Shown here piece after piece: positions 19,719 through 28,760 of a stretch of 64,000 nt of DNA. The notes beneath the pieces are model-generated. The model saw nothing but the letters and a program-made list of their open reading frames with translations. It was not told the origin of the DNA and made no database searches. The stretch is from positions 64,001 to 128,000 of the forward strand of contig JAWLHR010000001.1 of assembly GCA_041690295.1 (NCBI GenBank). Reading direction: 5' to 3'. Every line of letters starts with the position of its first letter. Position 1 is the stretch's first letter. The stretch is from Bdellovibrionales bacterium. GTDB lineage: Bacteria > Bdellovibrionota > Bdellovibrionia > Bdellovibrionales > UBA1609. The position numbers and the translations under genes were made by a program.

Positions 19719-20312
19719 TTAGAACCAACGACAATAAGCGATGATGAAATTCGAATCGGAGTACGCATAGTACGGAGCGTACGCGAATTTATAACCGCTG
19801 TAATAGTACGAAGGATAGAAATACGACTGATAGTAGCTCGGATAGTAACCGCAACCATTGCAACCGCTATAAGATCGGTAATAGGGGCGGTAATACGGCC
19901 GATAGTACGGTTTGTAATAGGGCTTATAGTAGCCGTTGTAGCCGTTATAGCCGTTATATCCGTAGTAAGAATCGTAGTAACCGAACGACCAAGACGAGGT
20001 ACTCGAAGTCGCGTCCAACTCATTGCTGGAGTTCATCGCGAGACCAGTCATTTCGGAATTCACCGCCAGCTTGGTGAACGAAAGTTTGCTGGTGTCGATT
20101 TTTCCTTCCGGCAGTTTCTCGTTGAGATGCACAACTTCCACTTCATTCGGGTTGTCTTTGTTGATGCGGATCACAACCGTCTGAGGAAGACTTTTGGAAA
20201 GCGCGATTTGCTCTTCGGAATACTTGCTGACCTCATCCAACTCGTGAGCTTGAGCGGCCGGCATACCAACCAGGGCCACACCCAGCATCAGTGACATGAT
20301 ACCTTTGAACAT
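19719..20312 (-). CDS. Secreted precursor-like protein with Tyr-rich repeat C-terminus
   Basis: SD AGAAGGAGG before ATG 20312; signal peptide ending AQA; last 90 aa contain 33 Tyr. Confidence 0.85.
   Translation of the reverse strand: MFKGIMSLMLGVALVGMPAAQAHELDEVSKYSEEQIALSKSLPQTVVIRINKDNPNEVEVVHLNEKLPEGKIDTSKLSFTKLAVNSEMTGLAMNSSNELDATSSTSSWSFGYYDSYYGYNGYNGYNGYYKPYYKPYYRPYYRPYYRSYSGCNGCGYYPSYYQSYFYPSYYYSGYKFAYAPYYAYSDSNFIIAYCRWF
19875..19970 (-). repeat. In-frame tandem repeats encoding (YNG)3 and YYKP-YYKP-YYRP-YYRP-YYRS
   Basis: 9-nt and 12-nt degenerate units that differ mostly at synonymous positions; coordinates approximate. Confidence 0.85.
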
Positions 20313-20429
20313 TAAGAACCTCCTTCTAGGTGGGTACGTCCGTGTCACTAACACTGTTAATGGAGGTTCGCAAATGAGAGTTCAATGAACTCGCCTGCTT
20401 CCTTTTACAAATTTACATTATTTATAAGC

Positions 20430-20461
20430 GGGCCGAATCGAATCTTCATTCGACCCGGCCC
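20430..20461 (-). terminator. Possible stem-loop terminator after the DUF4382 gene
   Basis: GGGCCG..TCGAAT-CTTC-ATTCGA..CGGCCC followed by an AT-rich tract, with no clean U-run. Confidence 0.4.
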
Positions 20462-20488
20462 AGCAAGGAGATGTTATTCAGGAAATAT

Positions 20489-21217
20489 TTATAATAGGAA
20501 CCATTCAGGCAACTCATCGGGGTCAATTTCGGTTTCGTCTATGCCACCGCCCCCTTGGTCGCCATCATTATTATTATCGCTCTCATCCGTACCGTCGGTG
20601 ACCGGCACTTCCGGTCCGCCCTCGTCGGTGATCACGGTAAAGGAAGGTAATTTTAACACAGGCTTGAGCAGGCAACCCCCGTTGCCGGTAAGTACAATCG
20701 ATTTCTCGGCGTCGAAATCGATGGTCATGGAATAAGAAGCTCCTTCCAGAATCGTGACCGGAGATTTCAGGTTCACCTTTAAACCTGATTGCTGCGCGCT
20801 TGGAGTTTTGAGTTCACAGACACTCTCATCACCTTTGACGATGTAGTTGCCCGTATCCTCTAAAATGATGCGAAAGCCTTTAACAATTATATCCGCCGGC
20901 ATATCCAGATCCTGAACCGGAAGGAGAATGCCGTTTCGTAAAGTCAGGAGATCCACATCCCCTAAACCTTCACCGATCTTAAGCCGGGCCTTTTTACCTT
21001 TATGAGCCAGCATCAATTCAATACGCTTCACATTGACGTGCACTTCATTGATTTCGGCTTTGGGTTTATCCGTGAGATTCACCCGAAAATTGGCCGGTTT
21101 CTCGGCATAAGACGACAATTTGTTTTTTCCCGGACCAGATCCGCCATCGCTTGATCCGCATCCGGATATCGTCAAACAAATCGACAAAAAAAGACGTTTT
21201 AGTATTCTTTGTTTCAT
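20489..21217 (-). CDS. DUF4382-family lipoprotein
   Basis: Lipobox ISGC; VNLTDKP, VDLLTLRNG, LKTPSAQQSGLKV, IDFDAEKSIV, LKPVL; acidic tail. Confidence 0.85.
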   Translation of the reverse strand: MKQRILKRLFLSICLTISGCGSSDGGSGPGKNKLSSYAEKPANFRVNLTDKPKAEINEVHVNVKRIELMLAHKGKKARLKIGEGLGDVDLLTLRNGILLPVQDLDMPADIIVKGFRIILEDTGNYIVKGDESVCELKTPSAQQSGLKVNLKSPVTILEGASYSMTIDFDAEKSIVLTGNGGCLLKPVLKLPSFTVITDEGGPEVPVTDGTDESDNNNDGDQGGGGIDETEIDPDELPEWFLL

Positions 21218-21243
21218 GGTCCCACCCCTCGGGCTATCAATCT

Positions 21244-21260
21244 GGCAATTAAGGGTCCAA
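21244..21260 (-). promoter_or_regulatory. Sigma54 promoter of the DUF4382 lipoprotein gene
   Basis: Minus strand TTGGACCCTTAATTGCC (GG-N10-GC with TTGC), followed by GAGGGG and the ATG. Confidence 0.65.
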
Positions 21261-21374
21261 ACTGAAGAACGATTTTTCGGAGAAATTCAGCGAAAAGTGA
21301 CCAACCCAAAGACAACGGGCCTGTCGCGTAAAATCAATTGACGAAATTTTGAGATTTGAAGACCACCGTCAAAA

Positions 21375-23207
21375 TCACTCGACGGTGACGGACTTGGCGA
21401 GATTACGAGGCTGGTCCACATCGTGTCCCAACGCACAGGCCACGTGATAAGCCAGCAACTGCACCGGTATCACTTCGAGAAGCGGCAGAGTGAACCAACC
21501 TGCCTCGGGAATTCCGAGATAATGTTCACACATTTTCTCAAGCCGGTCGGACGCTCCCGTGCCGATGGCGATGATACGACCGCCGCGCGCCTTGGCTTCT
21601 TCAAGGTTGCTCAATGTCTTCTCGTAAAGTTCATCACGGGGAACCAGCGTCACCACCGCCATTTTGTTATCAATCAAAGCCAACGGCCCATGTTTCATTT
21701 CACCCGCGGCATAACCTTCGGCATGAATATAGGCGAGCTCTTTCATTTTCAACGCGCCCTCAAGCGCGATGGGAAAATGAACCCCCCGGCCCAGATACAA
21801 AAAGCCTTTATAGGACCGCAGCTGATCAGCGGCCTCTTTAAAGAACTTGTCTAGGTTCAACACGGTCTCGATCTGCGACGGCGCTTTCAACAGATCCTGC
21901 GCAAGCCTTTTTTCTTCTTCGGGTGAAATCATTTTTTTCGCTTTGCCTAACGCCAGTGCCAATAAGTTCATGAGGGCCAACGTGGCCGAGAACGCCTTGG
22001 TGGAGGCCACGCCGATTTCCGCGCCCGCGTTCATGTAAATATGGCCGTCGGCTTCGCGGTCGATTGATGAAGACCGGACATTGCAAATGCTGATGACCGG
22101 CACGCCCGATTGCTTGGCCATGCGGACCGCCGCCAACGTGTCGGCCGTTTCTCCGCTTTGAGAAATGGAGATGAAAAGCGATTTGGGCGGAAGCACCGGA
22201 TGGCGATAGCGAAATTCGCTGGCGATATCGCATTCCACCGGAACTTTCGCGAGCCGCTCGATCAGATACTCACCCACCAAGCCGGCGTAAAACGAAGTTC
22301 CACAGGCCACGATAAAAACCCGTTCGGTCTCGCGGAACAATTTTTCCGTATCCAAACCAACCCCGGACAACGCCACCGATTGATTGGCGAGATCAACGTG
22401 CGGTTGGATGGCCTGAGCGACGGCGCGCGGCTGCTCGAAAATTTCTTTGAGCATGAAATGGGGAAATCCACCTTTACTGGCCACTTCACTGGTCCAGTTG
22501 ATCTCCACCGGCGGCTTATTCAAAAGTTCGCCGCGCTCGGAAAGAACCTGGTGCGAATTTCCGCGGACCACCACGACCTCACCGTCATCCAGGTAAATCA
22601 CCTTCTTGGTGTAGGGCACCAGAGCTTGCACATCGCTCGCCACGTACATGGCATCCGCGCCCACGCCTAAAATCAACGGCGGACCGTTTTTAAAGGCGAT
22701 CATCGTTTCCGGTTCTTTTTCACAAACCGCCAAAATCGCATAGGCCCCTTGCAGTCGGGGCAACACCTTTTGCACGGCGGTCAGTAGATCGCCGGTCACG
22801 CGCAATTCCCGCTCGATCAAGTGGGCCACAAGTTCCGAATCGGTTTCCGATTCCAAAACCGCGCCGGCCTTGATCAGATCCTCACGCAGTTCCACATAGT
22901 TTTCGATAATGCCGTTATGGACCAGGCTCACGCCGCCCACGCAATGGGGGTGGGCGTTTTGTTCCGACGGTTTGCCATGGGTGGCCCAGCGCGTGTGACC
23001 AATACCCAAATGACCGGCGAAAGTTTCGTTTTCCAAACGGGCGCTGAGGTTCGAAAGCTTGCCTTCGGCGCGCACCCGTTTGAATTCTCCTTCGTGGAGA
23101 ATGGCGACACCGGCACTGTCATAACCACGGTACTCCAGTGCTCGCAATCCGGCTAGCAGGATATCCTTAGGATTTTTTGGTCCCAAATAACCAACGATGC
23201 CGCACAT
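21375..23207 (-). CDS. glmS: Glutamine-fructose-6-phosphate transaminase
   Basis: MCGIVG, EYRGYDSAG, HTRWATHG, SQSGETAD, PRNLAKSVTVE. Confidence 0.98.
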   Translation of the reverse strand: MCGIVGYLGPKNPKDILLAGLRALEYRGYDSAGVAILHEGEFKRVRAEGKLSNLSARLENETFAGHLGIGHTRWATHGKPSEQNAHPHCVGGVSLVHNGIIENYVELREDLIKAGAVLESETDSELVAHLIERELRVTGDLLTAVQKVLPRLQGAYAILAVCEKEPETMIAFKNGPPLILGVGADAMYVASDVQALVPYTKKVIYLDDGEVVVVRGNSHQVLSERGELLNKPPVEINWTSEVASKGGFPHFMLKEIFEQPRAVAQAIQPHVDLANQSVALSGVGLDTEKLFRETERVFIVACGTSFYAGLVGEYLIERLAKVPVECDIASEFRYRHPVLPPKSLFISISQSGETADTLAAVRMAKQSGVPVISICNVRSSSIDREADGHIYMNAGAEIGVASTKAFSATLALMNLLALALGKAKKMISPEEEKRLAQDLLKAPSQIETVLNLDKFFKEAADQLRSYKGFLYLGRGVHFPIALEGALKMKELAYIHAEGYAAGEMKHGPLALIDNKMAVVTLVPRDELYEKTLSNLEEAKARGGRIIAIGTGASDRLEKMCEHYLGIPEAGWFTLPLLEVIPVQLLAYHVACALGHDVDQPRNLAKSVTVE

Positions 23208-23212
23208 TCAGA

Positions 23213-24577
23213 TTATTCCTTCTTTGAACGAGGCTGATAATTCTCGATATTCACCTGTTTTCCGCGCGCCACGGCCAGCGCCTTGGCGGGAACATCTTTG
23301 GTGATGGTGGAACCCGAGCCGATGTACGCGCCGTCACCGATCGTGACGGGAGCCACGAATTGCGTGTCGCTCCCCACGAACACATCCTTACCGATCTTGG
23401 TCACATACTTTTTTCGATCAGGGGCGTAGTTACAGGTGATCGTTCCGCAGCCGATGTTGGTGTTATCGCCGATTTCAGCGTCACCGAGATAAGTGAGATG
23501 ACTGGCCTTCGCCCCATTGCCGAATTTCACCTTTTTCATTTCGACGAAGTTTCCGACCTTACACTCGTCACCGATCTGGTTACCGGGACGTAAATGCGCG
23601 TAGGGACCCAAAGTCACGTTCTTCCCCACTTTGGAATCTTCAATGTAACAACCCGCCTTCACGTGAACGTGCTCGTCTAAAATCGCATTGTTCACGATCG
23701 CGCCCGGTTCAATCACGCAAAACGCGCCCACACGGGTTTCACCTTTTAAAAAGACTTGCGGATAAATCATGGTGCCCGCGCCCACTTGCACGGAGTCTTC
23801 AACATAGGTGTTTTCAGGGTGATGGATCATCACCCCGTCTTCCATGAGACGCTGGGCTTTCCGCAGATAAGCCAGTTGCGTGGCCCGTGACAATTCAGCT
23901 TGCGTGTTCACTCCAAGCGCCAAGCGGGGATCGGCGGAAATGGTTTCGACCGGAAGACCTTTTTCAACCGCGATGCTAACGATATCGGTCAGATAAAATT
24001 CACCTTGCGCGTTCTGGCTTTTCACTTGCGCCAGCAAGTTCTGCAAAACATCGGCGCGCAAAATATAAATACCCGTGTTGATTTCTTTGATTTTCAAAGT
24101 TTCGTGAGAAGCATCCTTGGCTTCCACGATCGCGCACAACTTTCCATTATGGCGAACGATGCGTCCGAACTTTCCCGGATCTTCCAACTCGCAGGTGACA
24201 ACTGACAAGGCCGCACGGGACTCGTTGAACCGCCGGCGCAGGGATTTAATGTCATCGCCTTCCAAAAGGGGATGATCGCCGTTCAAAATGATCACTTCAC
24301 CGCGCAAGGAATCCGGCTCGGCCGCACGGACCGCATCGGCGGTTCCCAGTTGGCGTTCTTGTTTATGGCATACGGCACCCAAAGGCTCAGCGATTTGACG
24401 AACCAAATTCTCGCCAAACCCGACGACCACCCGAATTTCCTGCGCTTCCGCCGCTTTGACCGCCCGAATCACACGTTCGATCATGGGGCGGCCGGCCACC
24501 GGGTGAACCACCTTCGGTAACGGAGAATTCATTCGCGTTCCACGACCCGCAGCCAGTATAATCGCTGAAAAAGACAT
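23213..24577 (-). CDS. glmU: Bifunctional UDP-GlcNAc pyrophosphorylase/acetyltransferase
   Basis: ILAAGRGTRM.S.LPKV, EFYLTD, GNFVEMKK, HLTYLGDA hexapeptide repeats. Start set at 24577 (24583 is possible); the longer ORF overlaps the divergent gene. Confidence 0.96.
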   Translation of the reverse strand: MSFSAIILAAGRGTRMNSPLPKVVHPVAGRPMIERVIRAVKAAEAQEIRVVVGFGENLVRQIAEPLGAVCHKQERQLGTADAVRAAEPDSLRGEVIILNGDHPLLEGDDIKSLRRRFNESRAALSVVTCELEDPGKFGRIVRHNGKLCAIVEAKDASHETLKIKEINTGIYILRADVLQNLLAQVKSQNAQGEFYLTDIVSIAVEKGLPVETISADPRLALGVNTQAELSRATQLAYLRKAQRLMEDGVMIHHPENTYVEDSVQVGAGTMIYPQVFLKGETRVGAFCVIEPGAIVNNAILDEHVHVKAGCYIEDSKVGKNVTLGPYAHLRPGNQIGDECKVGNFVEMKKVKFGNGAKASHLTYLGDAEIGDNTNIGCGTITCNYAPDRKKYVTKIGKDVFVGSDTQFVAPVTIGDGAYIGSGSTITKDVPAKALAVARGKQVNIENYQPRSKKE

Positions 24578-24650
24578 GCTCATGAAGGTATAGATATCGA
24601 TTGCGGTTTTGCAAGCGTTGTCCTTCCGGGTCGTGTAAGAAGGAGGCCAA

Positions 24651-25346
24651 ATGATCCACCTCAAGGAATGGGCGAAAAGTGCATTAGGTACGGCCATCGA
24701 GCTGTATGCCTCCCACCCCCTGGCGGAACTCGAACAGAACCAACCGATTTTTCTCATGGGCGGTGTCCATGGCGATGAACCGCTCGGGGTTCAGTTGGCG
24801 AAAAAGACGCTTGAGTATCTGCTGGCCGAGGCGAATAAACCACAGTCCGATTCCGAGGTTAAAGTGCCCTGGGCGTTGGTTCCCGTTCTTAATGTGGACG
24901 GCTACCGGCGCAACTCGCGAGTGAATGGCCGCGGCGTTGACCTCAACCGCAATTACCCGGCTCGGTCCTGGTCGCCGGAATATACGAAAGACCGGTACAA
25001 TCCGGGTCCACATCCCGGCAGCGAGCCGGAGATCCAGGCCGTGGTCGAATTCATCAAAAACTACAAGCCCCGGCTTTTGATCCATTGTCATTCCTGGAAA
25101 CCGATGATCGTGGCCGCAGGTCCCGGCGCCATGCGTGATGCCGAACGTCTGGGACGTTCCAGCGGTTATGAGGTCGTGCCTGAAATCGGCTATCCCACGC
25201 CGGGAAGCCTGAGCCAATATGGTTGGGTGGACAATCAGATTCCGGTCATTTGTATTGAGGAAACCGACGACGCCTTCCCTAAAGACGTGTGGCCTCGATT
25301 CGCGTCCGGAATGCGGGAGATTTTCCTGGACCCCACGGCCCGCTGA
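24651..25346 (+). CDS. M14 zinc carboxypeptidase, murein peptide amidase MpaA-like
   Basis: GGVHGDE, NVDG, GVDLNRNY, SEPE, HSW, GYPTPGSL, terminal catalytic Glu. Confidence 0.85.
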   Translation: MIHLKEWAKSALGTAIELYASHPLAELEQNQPIFLMGGVHGDEPLGVQLAKKTLEYLLAEANKPQSDSEVKVPWALVPVLNVDGYRRNSRVNGRGVDLNRNYPARSWSPEYTKDRYNPGPHPGSEPEIQAVVEFIKNYKPRLLIHCHSWKPMIVAAGPGAMRDAERLGRSSGYEVVPEIGYPTPGSLSQYGWVDNQIPVICIEETDDAFPKDVWPRFASGMREIFLDPTAR

Positions 25347-25367
25347 ATTGCGCATACAATTTAAAAC

Positions 25368-27275
25368 ATGAATCAACCTTCAAGCGTATTGGTGGTCGGC
25401 GCGCCGACGATCAAGGCCGGCGACGTGGGCGCCGGCTTCGCCCGCGATTTCGCGCAAGCCAAGTCGGTGGCGCAAGCTCACCCGCCTCTGGTGGTCGTCT
25501 TCTCCGGCCGCGAGAGCGCGGAGTTTGAAGACTTCTGCCGTTTTCTCAAAGAGCGCTGTCCACTCGCCCGCTGGATTCTTTCGGTTGATTCATTGAAACC
25601 TTCCAAGATGATCGAACTGGTCAACTCCGAACACTTGCAAGATGTCATCGACGGTTTCGATGATCCCACGCTTGAAAAGAAAATCCAGGAAGCCTTTGAG
25701 GAAGGCGGGCGGCGGCTTCAACAAAGAAGTCTCGAAGCCATGTTCAACGATCAAACACTTCAGCTTCAGCGTCTGCGCGAAGAATTGAACACCCGGATCG
25801 AGCGCCGCCAAAAGACTTTGCGCAAATCGCGCCTGACTTTGCGATCCACCCGCACCCGGCTCGAAGCTTTTCATCGCGCCCTGCTCGGCATACACCGCGC
25901 GGAAAGTGTTTCGCAGATGGAGCAGACTCTGAACGATTCCCTGCAGCCGGTTTTGCCCGGCATCCGGGCGATGATCCGTTTTTCCCAGCAAAGCTCATTG
26001 ACTCAAACATCCGCCGGCGAATTCCTTCGCGTGGAAATCCCGTTCACGGATCCGCATTTGCGCGGCGATGTTTTGTTTTCGACCAGCGGGAAAAAGAAAT
26101 TCTCGCCCACGGAGATCGATTTTCTCCATGAAATTTGTGAAGCTCTGGCTCTCGCGTTGACTCGGCTTCACAAACTGGAACTGGCCGAAACCATTAAATC
26201 CCAATGGCAAGCCACCTTCGATTCGATCACTCATCCGCTTTGTCTGACGACGGCCGACTTCGAAATCATCAAATTGAACAAGGCGTTTCAACAGGCCTGC
26301 CCGCAATCCAGCTTCCGCGCCTTGATCGGAAAAAATTGTTTCCAGGTCTTTTTCAAAGATGATTTCAAACCGCCGGTGGCCACGGGTCCGCAAATTTCTT
26401 TTCGCGCCAGCCGCGAAGGTCCCTCGGGCCTCGAACATTTCGAAGTCACGGCCGACGTTTTGGGGCTTTCTCAATCACCTTCGGCCCGCTTGGTTTTGAT
26501 CCGGTCGGTGACGGAAGAAGTTCGCTTTGAACGACGCATATTGGAGGCTTCGAAGCTGGCGGAACTGGGAACCATCGGCAGTAGTATCGCGCATGAACTC
26601 AATAACCCCCTGGGCGGAATGCTGTCGTTTCTGCAGCTGGTGATGATGGATCTGCCGAAGTCCGATCCCAAGTACGCCGATCTCAAAAGCATGGAGGAAG
26701 CCACCATCCGCTGCCGGGATATCGTCCAGAATCTCCTAAGTTTCGCGCGCAAGCAGGACCTCGGCGAACTGACGGAAATCGACCTGTGGTCGGTGATCGA
26801 CCGCGCCGTCAAATTGATCGAACTGCAAAGCAAATCGAAAGGTATCAAAATCGAGATCCGGCACGGGCCCAGGACTTGTGTTCTGGGATCGGTCAACGCC
26901 CTTTCGCAGGCGGTTTGCAATTTACTGCAGAACGCGATTGACGCCATTTCCGAACGAATGTCCGGTGAGCCTTTGTATCCAGGTCGTATCACCATTGAAA
27001 TTTCTCCGGGTGAGTCCAACATTCAATTACGAATCCATGATAATGGTCCTGGCATCCGACCTGAAGTGCAAAGCCGGATCTTCAATCCTTTGTTCACCAC
27101 CCGCGATCCCGGACTGTTCAACGGGATGGGTTTAACAACCGCCTTCACCATAATTTCCGAACACAACGGAAGCCTGGAAATTCTTTCCCAGACTGGATCT
27201 GGGACGACGGCAATCGTTTCTCTTCCTCGGCTGGATCTATCTCCAGAAAGACGGCTTTTTGACGGCGAAATTTGA
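25368..27275 (+). CDS. Cytoplasmic sensor histidine kinase
   Basis: IAHELNNPL H-box, NLLQNAIDA, DNGPGI, F.PLFTT, GMGL; coiled-coil, GAF-like and PAS-like N-terminal segments. Confidence 0.9.
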   Translation: MNQPSSVLVVGAPTIKAGDVGAGFARDFAQAKSVAQAHPPLVVVFSGRESAEFEDFCRFLKERCPLARWILSVDSLKPSKMIELVNSEHLQDVIDGFDDPTLEKKIQEAFEEGGRRLQQRSLEAMFNDQTLQLQRLREELNTRIERRQKTLRKSRLTLRSTRTRLEAFHRALLGIHRAESVSQMEQTLNDSLQPVLPGIRAMIRFSQQSSLTQTSAGEFLRVEIPFTDPHLRGDVLFSTSGKKKFSPTEIDFLHEICEALALALTRLHKLELAETIKSQWQATFDSITHPLCLTTADFEIIKLNKAFQQACPQSSFRALIGKNCFQVFFKDDFKPPVATGPQISFRASREGPSGLEHFEVTADVLGLSQSPSARLVLIRSVTEEVRFERRILEASKLAELGTIGSSIAHELNNPLGGMLSFLQLVMMDLPKSDPKYADLKSMEEATIRCRDIVQNLLSFARKQDLGELTEIDLWSVIDRAVKLIELQSKSKGIKIEIRHGPRTCVLGSVNALSQAVCNLLQNAIDAISERMSGEPLYPGRITIEISPGESNIQLRIHDNGPGIRPEVQSRIFNPLFTTRDPGLFNGMGLTTAFTIISEHNGSLEILSQTGSGTTAIVSLPRLDLSPERRLFDGEI

Positions 27276-27307
27276 CACCGCCAAAATCAAACTCGTACCA
27301 TTTTAGT

Positions 27308-28711
27308 ATGCAACAAAGCCGAAGAATTCTGATCGTCGACGACGAAGCTTCGCTTCGAACCGCACTCTTCAGAACCCTCGATCGCAAAGGATTTCAAGTC
27401 ATAACCGCCGCATCTTACAAAGAAGCGGAAACCATCAGCCAATCGGATAAAGTCATCGATTTGGCGCTGGTGGATTTACGTCTTCCCGACGGAGACGGAA
27501 TTCAACTGATGAGCCGTTTGCGCGGTTTGCACCCGAACATTCAAGTGATCATACTCACCGGGCACGCCACGATCGAGGCGGCCGTGGAAGCCACGAGAAA
27601 AGGCGCGTTCCACTTCGTGACGAAGCCTTGCAACTTGGATGAAATTCTGACGTTAATCGACCGCGCGCTTTCACTCGGACAACTCACCATCGAAAACAAA
27701 CAACTGCGAAGCGCGCTTCATAACAAATACCGGTTTGAAAACATCGTCGGCCAGAGCGAAGCCATCCTTCAGGTGCTGAGCATGATCGAGCGCGTGGCGG
27801 AATCCGATTCCACGGTTCTGATCACCGGCGAAAGCGGCACCGGTAAGGAGCTGATCGCCAAAGCTCTTCATTACAATTCGCCCCGCTCGCAGGAACCGTT
27901 CATCCCCATCAATTGCGGAGCGATCCCCGCCGAACTTTTGGAAAGCGAATTGTTCGGCCATGTCAAAGGCGCTTTCACGGGCGCCATAGCCAATCGTTCG
28001 GGCCGGTTCGAAATGGCCGAGGACGGAACGTTGTTTTTGGACGAAATCGGCGACATGAGCCCAAGCCTGCAAGTCAAGCTTTTGCGCGTGTTGCAGGAAC
28101 GTTGTTTTGAACCCATCGGCTCGACTAAAACCATCGAAGCCAATGTCAGGGTCATCGCCGCCACCAACGCCGACTTGGAAGCCGCCGTGGCCAACGGGCG
28201 TTTTCGCGAGGATCTCTATTACCGTTTGAATGTGATCCCCATTCGCATTCCTCCACTGCGTGAACGGCGTTCGGACATTCCTCTGCTGCTGAATCATTTC
28301 ATCGAAGTTTTCAATCGCAACCGCTCCCGCCGTTTAACCGGCATCAGTCCCGAAGCTTTGGACATGCTCACGAATTACAATTGGCCGGGAAATATCCGTG
28401 AACTCGAGAACCTGGTTGAACGGCTTTCGATCTTGAAAGGTTCGGGAGTGATCGAAGTTTCGGATCTGCCCGAACGCTATCGTAAGGGTGCCGCGCCCTC
28501 CTCGTTTGATCTCGGGCGCGTTGATATTCCCGAAACGGGCGTGGACTTCAATACGGCGGTGGACAACTACGAAAATGCTCTGATTATGCGCGCCTTGGAA
28601 AAAACCGGTTGGAACCGCAACCAGGCCGCGCTCCTTCTCAAGCTCAACCGCACCACCCTGGTGGAAAAGATCAAGAAGAAGGGCTTACGCCCGCCTGAAA
28701 CCGAACTTTAA
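27308..28711 (+). CDS. NtrC-family sigma54 response regulator
   Basis: Receiver ILIVDDE...DLRLPDGDG...KP, GESGTGKE, GAFTGA, C-terminal HTH; cognate kinase directly upstream. Confidence 0.95.
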   Translation: MQQSRRILIVDDEASLRTALFRTLDRKGFQVITAASYKEAETISQSDKVIDLALVDLRLPDGDGIQLMSRLRGLHPNIQVIILTGHATIEAAVEATRKGAFHFVTKPCNLDEILTLIDRALSLGQLTIENKQLRSALHNKYRFENIVGQSEAILQVLSMIERVAESDSTVLITGESGTGKELIAKALHYNSPRSQEPFIPINCGAIPAELLESELFGHVKGAFTGAIANRSGRFEMAEDGTLFLDEIGDMSPSLQVKLLRVLQERCFEPIGSTKTIEANVRVIAATNADLEAAVANGRFREDLYYRLNVIPIRIPPLRERRSDIPLLLNHFIEVFNRNRSRRLTGISPEALDMLTNYNWPGNIRELENLVERLSILKGSGVIEVSDLPERYRKGAAPSSFDLGRVDIPETGVDFNTAVDNYENALIMRALEKTGWNRNQAALLLKLNRTTLVEKIKKKGLRPPETEL

Positions 28712-28760
28712 ATTCCTTCGGCCTTTGACTACCCGCCGATCTTTGACTTAAGACCAAAGG

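Noticed and set aside
19674..20294. 206-aa Ile/Val-rich plus-strand ORF
   Set aside because: Mirror of the Tyr codons on the opposite strand; SD and signal peptide support the minus gene.
23208..23212. glmS ribozyme
   Set aside because: Only 5 nt separate glmU and glmS, leaving no room.
24578..24757. N-terminal extension of the glmU ORF
   Set aside because: Overlaps the divergent amidase gene; GlmU similarity starts at MSFSAIILAAG.
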